From a virus, in UHGV virus genome UHGV-0010228: a stretch of DNA of 64,000 nt; one strand, written 5' to 3'. The notes beneath the pieces were generated by a model. It saw only the letters and a list, made by a program, of their open reading frames with translations, made no database searches and was not told where the DNA came from. Shown here piece after piece: positions 36,651 through 46,979 of this stretch. Each line of letters begins with the position of its first letter. Position 1 is the stretch's first letter. The translations under genes and the position numbers were made by a program.

Positions 36651-39071
36651 ATGGGAAAGAAAACTGCTAAAGAAGTAAATCTTGTAAGTAAAGACAATAT
36701 ATCATTTAAAGATGATAAGTTTGTATACTTACAAGATGAATTAGACGCGATTAGAGGCGCAATGCGAATGTACATCCCTAGAGGAGAAACTGATGGAGCA
36801 TTGCATTTATTCAAGGAAATTTTCAATAATGCATTAGATGAGTGTAATAATGAAAATTCTCCGGCTAATAAGATTATTGTAGAATTTCGTGAAAGTGAGT
36901 GTAAATTCTCAGTATCAGATGAAGGAAGAGGAATTCCTACAGATATATTAGTAGATGCAGTTATGAAGAAACATGTATCTACTAAATTAGTAGACTTATC
37001 CGAATCTCGTAATAAGAGACAGACTGGTATACATGGTGTAGGTATGACAGTAACCGCAGCATTGACTGATTATATGTCACTTACAACTTATAGAGAAGAT
37101 CATTGTAAAACTATAGAACTTATAGATGGTGTAATGAAAGAATATCCTATAAAGAAATTAAAGAAACCTAGACATGGATTAGAAGTTACTTTAGTACCAT
37201 CTGAGAAATATCTAGGTGAGATTAATCTTACTAACGATATTGTAGAGGATTTTATTAGACATATGGCATATATAGTACCAGATGGAATAATAATTGAATT
37301 CTATAAAGAAGGTCCTGATGGTAATATGGTATTTACAAAATATCATAATTTAGGATTGTCTGAAAATCTTCATTACTTATCATCATCATTAGAATTTCCA
37401 CCTATAGAATTAAAAATCATTACTGAAAATTTTGATTTATTTACAGCGTTTGCATACGATAAATCAACTGATGATATGATCTACGAATCGTATGCGAATT
37501 ATGTAATAACAACTGAAGGTGGAACCCATGAGCAGTTAGTAATTAGATCTCTATGTGAATATTTCACCAGAGAAGCAAAGAAAGCAGATGCTACATCTAA
37601 ATATGAAGTAGCATATGATGATTGTAAAAAAGGATTGTGTTTTGTAGTTAATATAGAGCATGTAAGACCTGAATTAGAAGGACAGCATAAATCTAAAATA
37701 TCAAATAAAGATATATTAGCAGATGGAAAGAAACCATTATTGGATGCGCTTCATACGTATTTTAGTAACAACCCTACTCAGTTGAAGAAAATAATTACTT
37801 ATCTTAGACAGATATCTAAAATAAGACAGGAAGCACATAAGATAAAAGGAGTTTCTAATAAGAAACCATCTACGTTCTTAGATGATGCTGAAATAAAAAT
37901 GTTTAAGAATGTGTCTGATAGAAAGTATAATGGATATAAAGAATTATATATAGCCGAAGGAGATTCTGCATTATCCGGTATAGATAGTGCAAGAAATCCA
38001 AAATATCAGGCAATATTTGGAGTTCAAGGTGTTATAGACAATACTCACGACTTAACATTAACTCAATTATTGCAGAAGAGAACTTTTAAGAATTTAGTTA
38101 AAATTCTTGGATGTGGTATTGGTAAAGATTTTGATATAACTAAATTGAGATTTAATAAGATCATAATAGCATGTGATAGTGATGTTGATGGATCTAATAT
38201 TACCTCTTTGATACTATGCTTCTTCTATATCTTTATGCCAGAACTAATTACACAGAATAAGGTATTTAGAGCAATGCCACCATTATATCTATTAGATAAG
38301 AAATCTCTTAAGAAGTTTTATAATGGCAGAGAATGGTTGTATGATAAACAGGAATATTATGATTTACTTAATACTATCATAGCTAATAATGCAACTATTG
38401 CTTTACCTAATAAATCTTCTAAAAAGAATGAAGTAAATATATTATCTAAGAAAGAAAAGAAAGAGTGGCTTAGTCTCAATTCTGAATATAATCTTGAATT
38501 ACTTAATCTTAGTAAGAAAGCAACATGTGATGAAACTATTCTAGAATATGTCTGCTGGTATTTACTAGAAGCCGATGGTAATGTGAAATTATTTAAGAAG
38601 CTCATTGAGAAAGAATTTAATGAAATGGAATTCGACCCATCAAATCAGGTTCTATTAGGTTCTTGGAATGGAAATTATTTCTCATTAATATGTGATAAGT
38701 TATTCTTAAAGAGTGCAAAGAGATTCATGAACTTATTATCACAGAATATTTCACTATTCGTATATTGTGGTGATAAGGACGAAAATGATATAGAGAAAAT
38801 GACTATAGGTCAATTCTTTAATCTCATGCACAGAAATTATAATGTTAAGATCGAGCAGAGGTTTAAGGGAATTGGAGAATCAGATGCAGATTTATTATTT
38901 GTAACTACAACCAATCCTAAACTTAGAACTCTCATAAAATTTGATCTTAATAGTATAGAAGCAACAAATGAGATGTTTGAATTGCTTCATGGTAAGTCCG
39001 AAAATATGAGAGAGCAGCGTAGGCAGTTACTTGAAAATGCTGAAATATCATATGCGGATATAGACAACTAA
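36651..39071 (+). CDS. Type II DNA topoisomerase, ATPase/TOPRIM large subunit (GyrB-like / T4 gp39+gp60-like)
   Basis: GHKL N-box 'FKEIFNNALDE'. G2 box 'GIHGVGMTV'. TOPRIM 'YIAEGDSALSG' and 'IIIACDSDVDGSNI'. RBS 'aaggagg'. Confidence 0.9.
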   Translation: MGKKTAKEVNLVSKDNISFKDDKFVYLQDELDAIRGAMRMYIPRGETDGALHLFKEIFNNALDECNNENSPANKIIVEFRESECKFSVSDEGRGIPTDILVDAVMKKHVSTKLVDLSESRNKRQTGIHGVGMTVTAALTDYMSLTTYREDHCKTIELIDGVMKEYPIKKLKKPRHGLEVTLVPSEKYLGEINLTNDIVEDFIRHMAYIVPDGIIIEFYKEGPDGNMVFTKYHNLGLSENLHYLSSSLEFPPIELKIITENFDLFTAFAYDKSTDDMIYESYANYVITTEGGTHEQLVIRSLCEYFTREAKKADATSKYEVAYDDCKKGLCFVVNIEHVRPELEGQHKSKISNKDILADGKKPLLDALHTYFSNNPTQLKKIITYLRQISKIRQEAHKIKGVSNKKPSTFLDDAEIKMFKNVSDRKYNGYKELYIAEGDSALSGIDSARNPKYQAIFGVQGVIDNTHDLTLTQLLQKRTFKNLVKILGCGIGKDFDITKLRFNKIIIACDSDVDGSNITSLILCFFYIFMPELITQNKVFRAMPPLYLLDKKSLKKFYNGREWLYDKQEYYDLLNTIIANNATIALPNKSSKKNEVNILSKKEKKEWLSLNSEYNLELLNLSKKATCDETILEYVCWYLLEADGNVKLFKKLIEKEFNEMEFDPSNQVLLGSWNGNYFSLICDKLFLKSAKRFMNLLSQNISLFVYCGDKDENDIEKMTIGQFFNLMHRNYNVKIEQRFKGIGESDADLLFVTTTNPKLRTLIKFDLNSIEATNEMFELLHGKSENMREQRRQLLENAEISYADIDN

Positions 39072-39081
39072 AAGGAGATAT

Positions 39082-41556
39082 ATGGCAAAGAAAAAGAAAG
39101 ATTCCGGAATAGATACTAATTCTCTATGGTCCGGAATAGAAGATGATGCATTTATCAATGAATCAAATCTTAAAGAAGTTGATATTGCAGAATATAATCA
39201 AAAAGAAATGACAATATTTTCTGCGAATGTTAATTATTTTAGACAGATTATAAGATTATCTGATTCACTAAAACCTGTAGAAAGAAGAATACTCTATTCA
39301 ATGTTTAAGTCTGGGAATCGTCCTGGACTTAAACAGAAATCAAATCTCATAGTAGGTAATGCAGCATTGATACATAATCATGGTGATTGTTATCCAACAT
39401 TAGTATCGATGTCTCAAAGATGGAAAAAGATGGTGCCGTTGATTGATGGTAAAGGAGCATTTGGTTCTGAATCTGAAGAACGATATGCTGCTATGAGATA
39501 TACTGAAGCATCTATGAGTAAATATGCTTATGAATGTTTCTTTGAAGATTATGATGATGATTGTGTTGAGCAGTTATTCAATACAGCATCTGATAGTTAT
39601 GAACCTATGTCATTACCAGCTAAATTTCCGAATATTTTAGTTAATGGTGGATTGGGTTTTGCAGTTGGTAATAGTTTCTGTATTCCACCATTTAATATTG
39701 ATGATATAATAGCTAATTGTGAGAAAGTAATGAAGAATCCTAAAGCACCAGATGTATTTATGATTCCAGATTTTCCAACAGGTTGTTATATCGTAGATGA
39801 TGGTGAAACTTTAAAGACAATATGTGATACTGGTAAAGGAACTATAAAGATGAGAGGTGTTGTTGATGTAGTAGAAACTTCTAAGACTTGGGAGTTGAGA
39901 ATAACTGCATTACCATGGTTTGTAACATTATCATCTATAGAGACAAAGCTGGTTGATCTTCATAAAAATGGTACACTTCCTATTAAGGATTTACAGAATC
40001 ATTCACATCCAATAAAATTAGCTGATGGTAAAATAGGATCTAAAGTTGATTATCGAATTATAATAGATAAAACTCATGATCCATATGCTATATTAGAGAA
40101 GATATATAAGAATACAATGCTACAGAAATCCTTAGGTATAAACTTTAAAGTTGTGCTTGAAGAGCTAGCTATAAAGACTTTATCTCTAAGAGAGCTTATA
40201 TTATCTTGGATTGATGAAAGAAGATCATATAAAAGAAGATTATATAATAAGAAGATAACTAAGCTTAGTGCTAGAATTGACTTATTAGAAATTCTCTTAT
40301 ATTTATTGAAGGCTGAGAATATCGAGAAGACATTAAAGATAATTAAAGATTCTAATTCTGATGAAGTAGTAAAGAAACTCATGAAACATGGAAAGATGAA
40401 TTCTTATCAAGCATCTAAAATTGCTGATATGAAATTATCAGCATTTACTAAAGATGCTAGAAAGAAATATGCTGAAGAGAAAGCTGCTAAAGAAAAAGAA
40501 TTAGAAAAGGTATTATCAATAGTTAAATCTGAAAAGAAAATTGATAAGATTATTCTTGAAGAACTATATGATCTTAAGAAATACTCATCTCCAAGAAAAA
40601 CTCAGGTTATAACCGATGACACTGGAGAAAAGATTGCAGATATTGATTATAATATAATCATAACTAAAATGGGATTGATTAAAAAGATACCGTTTAATCC
40701 AGATCCAAATAAGAATTCTAACATGGGTTCATTTAAGAATTTTGATGCACCTATTAAAAGAATAACGTGTAATAATCTCAATAGTATTTTAATGTTTGAT
40801 AGTTTTGGTAGATATTCTGCAGTTCCAGTTTATAAGATAGACACAACTGAATTATCTCATCATGGTAATAATCTATATGATATTGCAGGTCTTAATGGTA
40901 GCGTAGTTACTGTAATGGATCAATTAGATGATAATTATATAGAGTATATGAGTAAGATCGGCGATTTATTTATGGTAACTTTAACTAGAAATGGGTATAT
41001 TAAGAAGACACCATTAGAAGCATATACTAAAATAAGGTCAACTAAGAATATTAAAGCATGTAAACTTAGAGATGATGATTCTCTTGTATGGGCTGGAGTT
41101 GTAGTTAGTAAAGAAGATATTATTATCTATTCAAAAAAAGGTAATTATGTTGCAATGAACATAGATGATATTTCTCCACAGGGAAAAGATTCTATGGGTG
41201 TAATTGGAATGAAGATGAAAGATCTTGATGAATGTGTTGGTATTGCATTTGTTGGAGATAAAGATCAGTATATTACAGTTATAACTGAAAAAGGTAATAT
41301 AAAGAAATGTGAGATTCAATATCTCACAACTGGTAAAGGTAAGAGATCATATCTTACATCATTAGATACAAATGATAATGTTGTATTTGTATCTGGTATG
41401 ATAGATAAGGAAAGTGTTATAGTCTTTACGAGGACAGATTATACAGAAATTGAAGCGACTATAATACCAACCCTATCTAGGAAAGCAAAATGTAAGAAGA
41501 TGATACCAGTGCCACAAGGTTCATCTATAATAAGATGTGACATAGTAAAGAGGTAG
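39082..41556 (+). CDS. Type II DNA topoisomerase, DNA breakage-reunion subunit (GyrA-like / T4 gp52-like)
   Basis: 'AAMRYTEASMSKYA' active-site tyrosine motif. RBS 'aaaggag'. Adjacent to the GyrB-like gene. Confidence 0.85.
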   Translation: MAKKKKDSGIDTNSLWSGIEDDAFINESNLKEVDIAEYNQKEMTIFSANVNYFRQIIRLSDSLKPVERRILYSMFKSGNRPGLKQKSNLIVGNAALIHNHGDCYPTLVSMSQRWKKMVPLIDGKGAFGSESEERYAAMRYTEASMSKYAYECFFEDYDDDCVEQLFNTASDSYEPMSLPAKFPNILVNGGLGFAVGNSFCIPPFNIDDIIANCEKVMKNPKAPDVFMIPDFPTGCYIVDDGETLKTICDTGKGTIKMRGVVDVVETSKTWELRITALPWFVTLSSIETKLVDLHKNGTLPIKDLQNHSHPIKLADGKIGSKVDYRIIIDKTHDPYAILEKIYKNTMLQKSLGINFKVVLEELAIKTLSLRELILSWIDERRSYKRRLYNKKITKLSARIDLLEILLYLLKAENIEKTLKIIKDSNSDEVVKKLMKHGKMNSYQASKIADMKLSAFTKDARKKYAEEKAAKEKELEKVLSIVKSEKKIDKIILEELYDLKKYSSPRKTQVITDDTGEKIADIDYNIIITKMGLIKKIPFNPDPNKNSNMGSFKNFDAPIKRITCNNLNSILMFDSFGRYSAVPVYKIDTTELSHHGNNLYDIAGLNGSVVTVMDQLDDNYIEYMSKIGDLFMVTLTRNGYIKKTPLEAYTKIRSTKNIKACKLRDDDSLVWAGVVVSKEDIIIYSKKGNYVAMNIDDISPQGKDSMGVIGMKMKDLDECVGIAFVGDKDQYITVITEKGNIKKCEIQYLTTGKGKRSYLTSLDTNDNVVFVSGMIDKESVIVFTRTDYTEIEATIIPTLSRKAKCKKMIPVPQGSSIIRCDIVKR

Positions 41557-41593
41557 CAATTGCTACCTCTTTAGGTTAAGGAGAAATATCGAT

Positions 41594-41806
41594 ATGAATA
41601 AACATTGGTGTATGACAGAATCTGAAGCTGGCGAAGTACTAAAATTTATCAATGAATTAGATCCTCAATCTAGACCTGAAGTTCATTATATTAAATATCC
41701 AAAGATAGCAACTCAATCTTTAGATGAATATTCGGCAATCACATTAATATATATTACGTGGGAATGGGTAGATCCAATTTATCCAGAATATTTATCTATA
41801 TTATAA
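41594..41806 (+). CDS. Small hypothetical protein (70 aa)
   Basis: RBS 'taaggag'. Confidence 0.45.
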   Translation: MNKHWCMTESEAGEVLKFINELDPQSRPEVHYIKYPKIATQSLDEYSAITLIYITWEWVDPIYPEYLSIL

Positions 41807-41857
41807 TCAACTTTTATATTAATTAAATTAAGAAATTTCCTAAGGAGGATTACGATA

Positions 41858-42607
41858 ATGGCAGATAATAAATATAATAATTCAATTACAACGAGCTTAA
41901 TAACATTATTTGATAGCTCAAGTGTACAGTTAAGAATATCAGGATTAGAAAATGGAATCTCAGTTGCATTTTGGATGCCTAATAGAGATCCGGTAACTGG
42001 TAAATTGACTTATCCTAAAGAATCCAGATATTCAACTATAATAACAACTGATAGAGTTGCTACATTAGATAAGATGATAAGTGAATTACTTATACCAGAA
42101 TTTGAAGCTGGTAGAGATAAATCAGTTGCTGTATTTACAAATAGGCAGAAATCCATGATTTTTGAAATTAGAGTTATTAATGGGGAATTCTTCGCATCAT
42201 TATATACAGATGTAGACCCTATGACTTTAATACCTAAGAATGGATTTAGATTCAAATTTGAAAAGACAACTGCGGCATCTGATTATAATAGTGAAACAGG
42301 TAATATGAATATTACTGAATATGATGGTAATTTCTATATCTTTACAGAATTACTTCATAACATAGTCACTATTGGAAATAATAAAGTTTCTGGTCATTCA
42401 GTAAGACAGGCAAATTCGTTTACAACATCTTCATTATTTGAATATATTAGAGCGATCGCTGCTAAGATGGGAGTAACTGTAGAAAATAGATCTTACAGTT
42501 CTATGAGTACCAGTCCCTCAACATCTTATGAAAACTCTACTACGAATACCAGTGATCCAATGCCTGAAATGAAAGAAATTACAGATATTACTCAGATGCT
42601 TCAGTAG
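41858..42607 (+). CDS. Hypothetical protein (late operon)
   Basis: RBS 'taaggagg'. Confidence 0.55.
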   Translation: MADNKYNNSITTSLITLFDSSSVQLRISGLENGISVAFWMPNRDPVTGKLTYPKESRYSTIITTDRVATLDKMISELLIPEFEAGRDKSVAVFTNRQKSMIFEIRVINGEFFASLYTDVDPMTLIPKNGFRFKFEKTTAASDYNSETGNMNITEYDGNFYIFTELLHNIVTIGNNKVSGHSVRQANSFTTSSLFEYIRAIAAKMGVTVENRSYSSMSTSPSTSYENSTTNTSDPMPEMKEITDITQMLQ

Positions 42608-42616
42608 GAGTATAAT

Positions 42617-43423
42617 ATGAGATTAAACGGTCAATTAGTTCCGGATCTATTATTTCCAAAAGATGAATATGGAAATCGGGATGAGATTCTGATCGTTGAT
42701 TTTGATACAGTGTGCCAATCCGAGTGTGAAAATATTGCACTCGGATTGTATCAAAATGATGAATATAAGAAACGATTTCCAAAATTAACTGAAATGATAA
42801 ATATTAGAGATCATTTCGACGTATTTTATAATACGGCACCATTTAATCAGTCTTCTTTTTTTGATTATATTTCTGATAATACATTATCAGATGAAGAAAA
42901 GAAAGCACTTGCTATTGAAGGATTTTCTACTGATACTTATACTATACAAAATAGTACAATGATGATGTTTGCATTAACAGAATTAGTAGATCAAAAATAT
43001 ATAAAGAAGATTATTTTTTATTTTAATAGACCAATATACGAACATGATATTGGTTATCTATTAGCAAACTTTAAAGATTATGCTGATAAAATAATTGTGA
43101 CTGATGAATCAATGCTATCTTTAGCTGAAGAAGATGTTGAAACTCAACAATATACGACATATATGACAACTAAAATTGATGATATAATAGAGATGATGCA
43201 AAATCCGGAGAAGTATAATACTGTAGGATTAGCTTTCTTTATACCTAAGACTTTAGATAATATGACTATTAAAATTGATGATGGTCACAAATATTATATC
43301 AATAGAGGAGCTGAAGAATTACGCGGATATGAAATGATAGGCCAGATTAGAGTTATACGCTATATATCTGAACCATGGGTGAAATATCCAGATATTTCTT
43401 TAGACGTTAATTTACCAATATAA
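42617..43423 (+). CDS. Hypothetical protein (late operon)
   Basis: RBS 'taggag'. Confidence 0.55.
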   Translation: MRLNGQLVPDLLFPKDEYGNRDEILIVDFDTVCQSECENIALGLYQNDEYKKRFPKLTEMINIRDHFDVFYNTAPFNQSSFFDYISDNTLSDEEKKALAIEGFSTDTYTIQNSTMMMFALTELVDQKYIKKIIFYFNRPIYEHDIGYLLANFKDYADKIIVTDESMLSLAEEDVETQQYTTYMTTKIDDIIEMMQNPEKYNTVGLAFFIPKTLDNMTIKIDDGHKYYINRGAEELRGYEMIGQIRVIRYISEPWVKYPDISLDVNLPI

Positions 43424-43437
43424 GAAAAGGAGATATT

Positions 43438-45474
43438 ATGAACAAATCAAGTTTATATGAAGACATTTATTCATCTACTAATATTATTAATGGTGATGAG
43501 TATCGTGAAATGATAACTACTATAGCAAATTTGGCTTCAGATATGGTAGTTAAGACATTAGGACCATATGGTGCTACAACAATCATTGATGATGGTAGTG
43601 GATATACATATCCTACTAAGGATGGTTGGTCAACATTAAATAGACTTAGATTTAATGATCCTATATATAATACATTATTTAATGTATTAAAACAGATTAG
43701 TTTTAATTCTGTAAGTACAGTTGGTGATGGTACAACAACTGCAATGGTTGGGGCTAGTCACTTCTTAAAGAATTTTGATGAGTATGAAAAACCAACTAAT
43801 TTTAGACAGGCAGACTTTATAGCAGCTATGAATAAAGTATCTGATGATATTGAGCATAGAATGCTCAATAGTTCTAGAGTTAAAGTTATTAACTCTGATA
43901 ATATTTCAGATGCTATATTCCCTATAGCATATACGGCAACTAACGGTAATGCCGAATTTGCAAATATTATTCAGGATATATATACACAGACTGAAAATCC
44001 TAATATTCATGTAGAAATGTCTAAAGGAGATAAGATATCGTATGTGATACAAGATGGATATAAATTTGATTCATCTGTATTAGATTTCAATGTATATATA
44101 AATGAAGACAATGGTACATACAAAAAAGACACTGTTACTAAGTGCGTGATATTTGATCATAACATCACATATCAGCAGCATAAGAATATTGTATTAGAAT
44201 TAACGAGATATGCTCAGACACATTCAACTGAAATAATAATAATGGCGCCATACTTTGATGATATTATTACAACTATGATATCTAATCAGATACAGCAGTT
44301 ATCTATGAAAGGTATGATTCCTAATATTATACTCATGCAGGTTCCTATTACAATGGATATCCATAAGCAAATACTTTCAGATATTTCTGTACTTATTAAT
44401 GCACCAATATTTGATACTGCAAGATTAAAGTTATTTAATATTCTTTATCACAATCAGACACATGATAAGGAAGAACAGATTGAAGATGATATTCTAGAAA
44501 TGGATCTTTTCAAAGAAAATAATCCTTCAGAATTATTATTTGCTTGCTTAGGTACTATAAGATCTATAGTAATTGATAAGAAGAATTCATATATTAAGAA
44601 TTATGATTCGATTATTGACCCTGTAAAGTATAATGCATTAATTAAGGATGCTACCGATAGATATCTTAAACTCAAAGAAGACGCCGATAAGACATTTAAT
44701 GGTCATCTTGATAAAGATTATATGTTTGCTAGAATGAGATATATAAAGCTTACTGGTAAGATGGGTACAATATATGTAGGTGGATTATCTGAATTACAGA
44801 AGAGATGTGATAAAGATGCTATTGACGATGCAGTTATGGTTTGTAAGTCAGCATATGAGCATGGTTATGTTAGAGGATTAACTCTCGAACTTATAACTTG
44901 CATTGCTGAAGCAATGACTGATATTAATGAAAATAATATAGAGATATCTGATTATGAAGCAATGGCATATAATTTATTATATAGAACTTTCTTAGATGTA
45001 TCACTTGATTGCCTTAAGAATAAATATGGTGATAGTGAAGTTGTATATGTTAAGGACTTACATGAGGATCCATCTAATGATGAATATCAGACAATAAGAA
45101 TTCAGGATATTGTACCATATTGTGCAGAGCATGATGCTGGATTTAATCTAGTTACCGATACAATTACAGATATTGAAACTACATCAGTTGTATCTTCGGT
45201 TGCCACTGATTTAGAGATTATGAAGGCAGTTATCAATATTCTTACAACTATTATAACATCTAACCAGTTCTTATCTATGGGTAAATCATATGATAGAAAG
45301 GTTAGTCATGATAGGGAATTAGACAGACTTGTTAGTGATAAGAGAGCAATCGCTCGTGCTCAGGCAGAAGAAGTAACCAATGTGCTTAAGACAAATGTGC
45401 TCGGTGACAAAGTTTTTTCACTTTTAAATCTTCCACAGAAAGCTGAGCAGATATCTATGAATTTAGAAGATTAA
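43438..45474 (+). CDS. GroEL-like phage chaperonin (678 aa)
   Basis: 'VKTLGPYGATTIID...PTKDGWSTLNRLRFNDP...VGDGTTTAMVGA' aligns with GroEL 'VKVTLGPKGRNVVL...ITKDGVSVAREIELEDK...AGDGTTTATVLA'. RBS 'aaaggag'. Terminator at 45483-45520. Confidence 0.8.
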   Translation: MNKSSLYEDIYSSTNIINGDEYREMITTIANLASDMVVKTLGPYGATTIIDDGSGYTYPTKDGWSTLNRLRFNDPIYNTLFNVLKQISFNSVSTVGDGTTTAMVGASHFLKNFDEYEKPTNFRQADFIAAMNKVSDDIEHRMLNSSRVKVINSDNISDAIFPIAYTATNGNAEFANIIQDIYTQTENPNIHVEMSKGDKISYVIQDGYKFDSSVLDFNVYINEDNGTYKKDTVTKCVIFDHNITYQQHKNIVLELTRYAQTHSTEIIIMAPYFDDIITTMISNQIQQLSMKGMIPNIILMQVPITMDIHKQILSDISVLINAPIFDTARLKLFNILYHNQTHDKEEQIEDDILEMDLFKENNPSELLFACLGTIRSIVIDKKNSYIKNYDSIIDPVKYNALIKDATDRYLKLKEDADKTFNGHLDKDYMFARMRYIKLTGKMGTIYVGGLSELQKRCDKDAIDDAVMVCKSAYEHGYVRGLTLELITCIAEAMTDINENNIEISDYEAMAYNLLYRTFLDVSLDCLKNKYGDSEVVYVKDLHEDPSNDEYQTIRIQDIVPYCAEHDAGFNLVTDTITDIETTSVVSSVATDLEIMKAVINILTTIITSNQFLSMGKSYDRKVSHDRELDRLVSDKRAIARAQAEEVTNVLKTNVLGDKVFSLLNLPQKAEQISMNLED

Positions 45475-45604
45475 TTAAACATAAGAAGATAAGACTAAAA
45501 AGTCTTATCTTCTTTTCATTTCTAAGCTTTAACGATCATAAAACAAGTTGTTAAATTAATAAAGATTATAAATCTCTTTAATTCTAATAAAGGAGGAAAT
45601 ATAG

Positions 45605-46966
45605 ATGTCAGATTTTTCGTTAAAAAATGTGTTTGATGGATCTAAAACTAGTCAGGGACCTAGCTTAGTTTCATATGTAATAAATGCGACGAATAATAAA
45701 ACTTTGTCTAGAATGGCAAAGGATTCTATCTTTCAGTTCTCAACTATCTGTAGTAGCTCTATAGACACTGATGAATTAGGTGTTATATGCAAATCAATAG
45801 AACAGACATATGCATCAATGCTTATGTCTGTATTATCATTAAACGCTACAGTTGATAGAAGAAAATATCCAACGCTTACTCAGTATCTTAAGTCATTTCA
45901 TAATTCGGGACTTATAGGCGGTAATGATCCGGGATCAATGTTTAGTATAGATAGTTATACTATAACATGTAATGGTCATCACGTTTCAACTCCAGTTATG
46001 GAATCATTATGGGAAACTCTTGAAGATGGGTTAGATATGTCTAGTGTAAACAATATTTACAAGCCATATACTAAGACAAAGAATATTCTCAAGAAGTCTT
46101 ACGAGTTAATCCAGGCAACTGAAGCTAATAATACTGATCCATTTAGAAATAAAGGTAAGTTAGGCAGCATATTAGACGGTAGACGCAGAAATCCTTATAC
46201 TATAGATGGTGAACATGGATTCAATGCGACATTTAGCGGCGATGCTAACAAATTAGCTAGTGATGCTGATAAAGATAACTATGGTAATGTTAAAAATAGT
46301 AGAACTAAAGTTATTAAACTTGATGGTAAGAATGAAATTACCAAGTCTGATAAATTAGCCAATATGGAACCTACTATGATTACAATTACATTCTCAAATG
46401 TAATGCCAGGTAAAGTTGCTGATGTTTGGACTCAGACAGTTACTCTTGGTGTTAAAACGATGCCTAGACTTGTAAAGACAAATCTTATGGTTCAGTCTAT
46501 AATAGATATGTGCAAGGATAGGCTTGTATTTAAGATCATAAAGTGGTCTAAGGGAGAAATTAAAGCTTCTCAGGCAATATCCGAACTTGCTCTTGGTCTT
46601 CAGAGTGCTAAAAAAGAAGCAATTGGTATGATTGACAAGAAGAAGAGTTGGGTAGCTGCACTCAAGCGTAGAAAATTTGCAGATAATATTCAGAAGCTTA
46701 TCGGCAAAAGATTGCTTCCTAATACTACAATCATAATTACTGAAGCTGAAGCTGAAATGGTTAGGTCTCAGTGCGGTATTGATATTATGGATTCTAGAGT
46801 CGTTAAGAAGGTAATGAATAAATACTTCTTATTAGGTTTTGGTGTTTATGATACTGAAGCTAAGGTATTAAATGTAATTTATGATTCAGATGAAGCATAT
46901 GCGTCATATGCTTTAAGTGGATTAATTGCACTTACTAAAAAAGAAATTAACGCATCATTAAGATAG
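45605..46966 (+). CDS. Hypothetical protein (453 aa)
   Basis: RBS 'aaaggagg'. AACA-N6-TA at 45542-45553 upstream. Confidence 0.55.
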   Translation: MSDFSLKNVFDGSKTSQGPSLVSYVINATNNKTLSRMAKDSIFQFSTICSSSIDTDELGVICKSIEQTYASMLMSVLSLNATVDRRKYPTLTQYLKSFHNSGLIGGNDPGSMFSIDSYTITCNGHHVSTPVMESLWETLEDGLDMSSVNNIYKPYTKTKNILKKSYELIQATEANNTDPFRNKGKLGSILDGRRRNPYTIDGEHGFNATFSGDANKLASDADKDNYGNVKNSRTKVIKLDGKNEITKSDKLANMEPTMITITFSNVMPGKVADVWTQTVTLGVKTMPRLVKTNLMVQSIIDMCKDRLVFKIIKWSKGEIKASQAISELALGLQSAKKEAIGMIDKKKSWVAALKRRKFADNIQKLIGKRLLPNTTIIITEAEAEMVRSQCGIDIMDSRVVKKVMNKYFLLGFGVYDTEAKVLNVIYDSDEAYASYALSGLIALTKKEINASLR

Positions 46967-46979
46967 GAGGTGTATTCTA

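Noticed and set aside
36512-36661. 52-aa ORF (MSIANQTSGGANYQNSSSANDF...) upstream of and overlapping the GyrB-like start.
   Set aside because: It has an RBS ('aaaggag'), but it is low-complexity, overlaps the topoisomerase RBS and start, and has no other support. It may instead be a leader. Not called.
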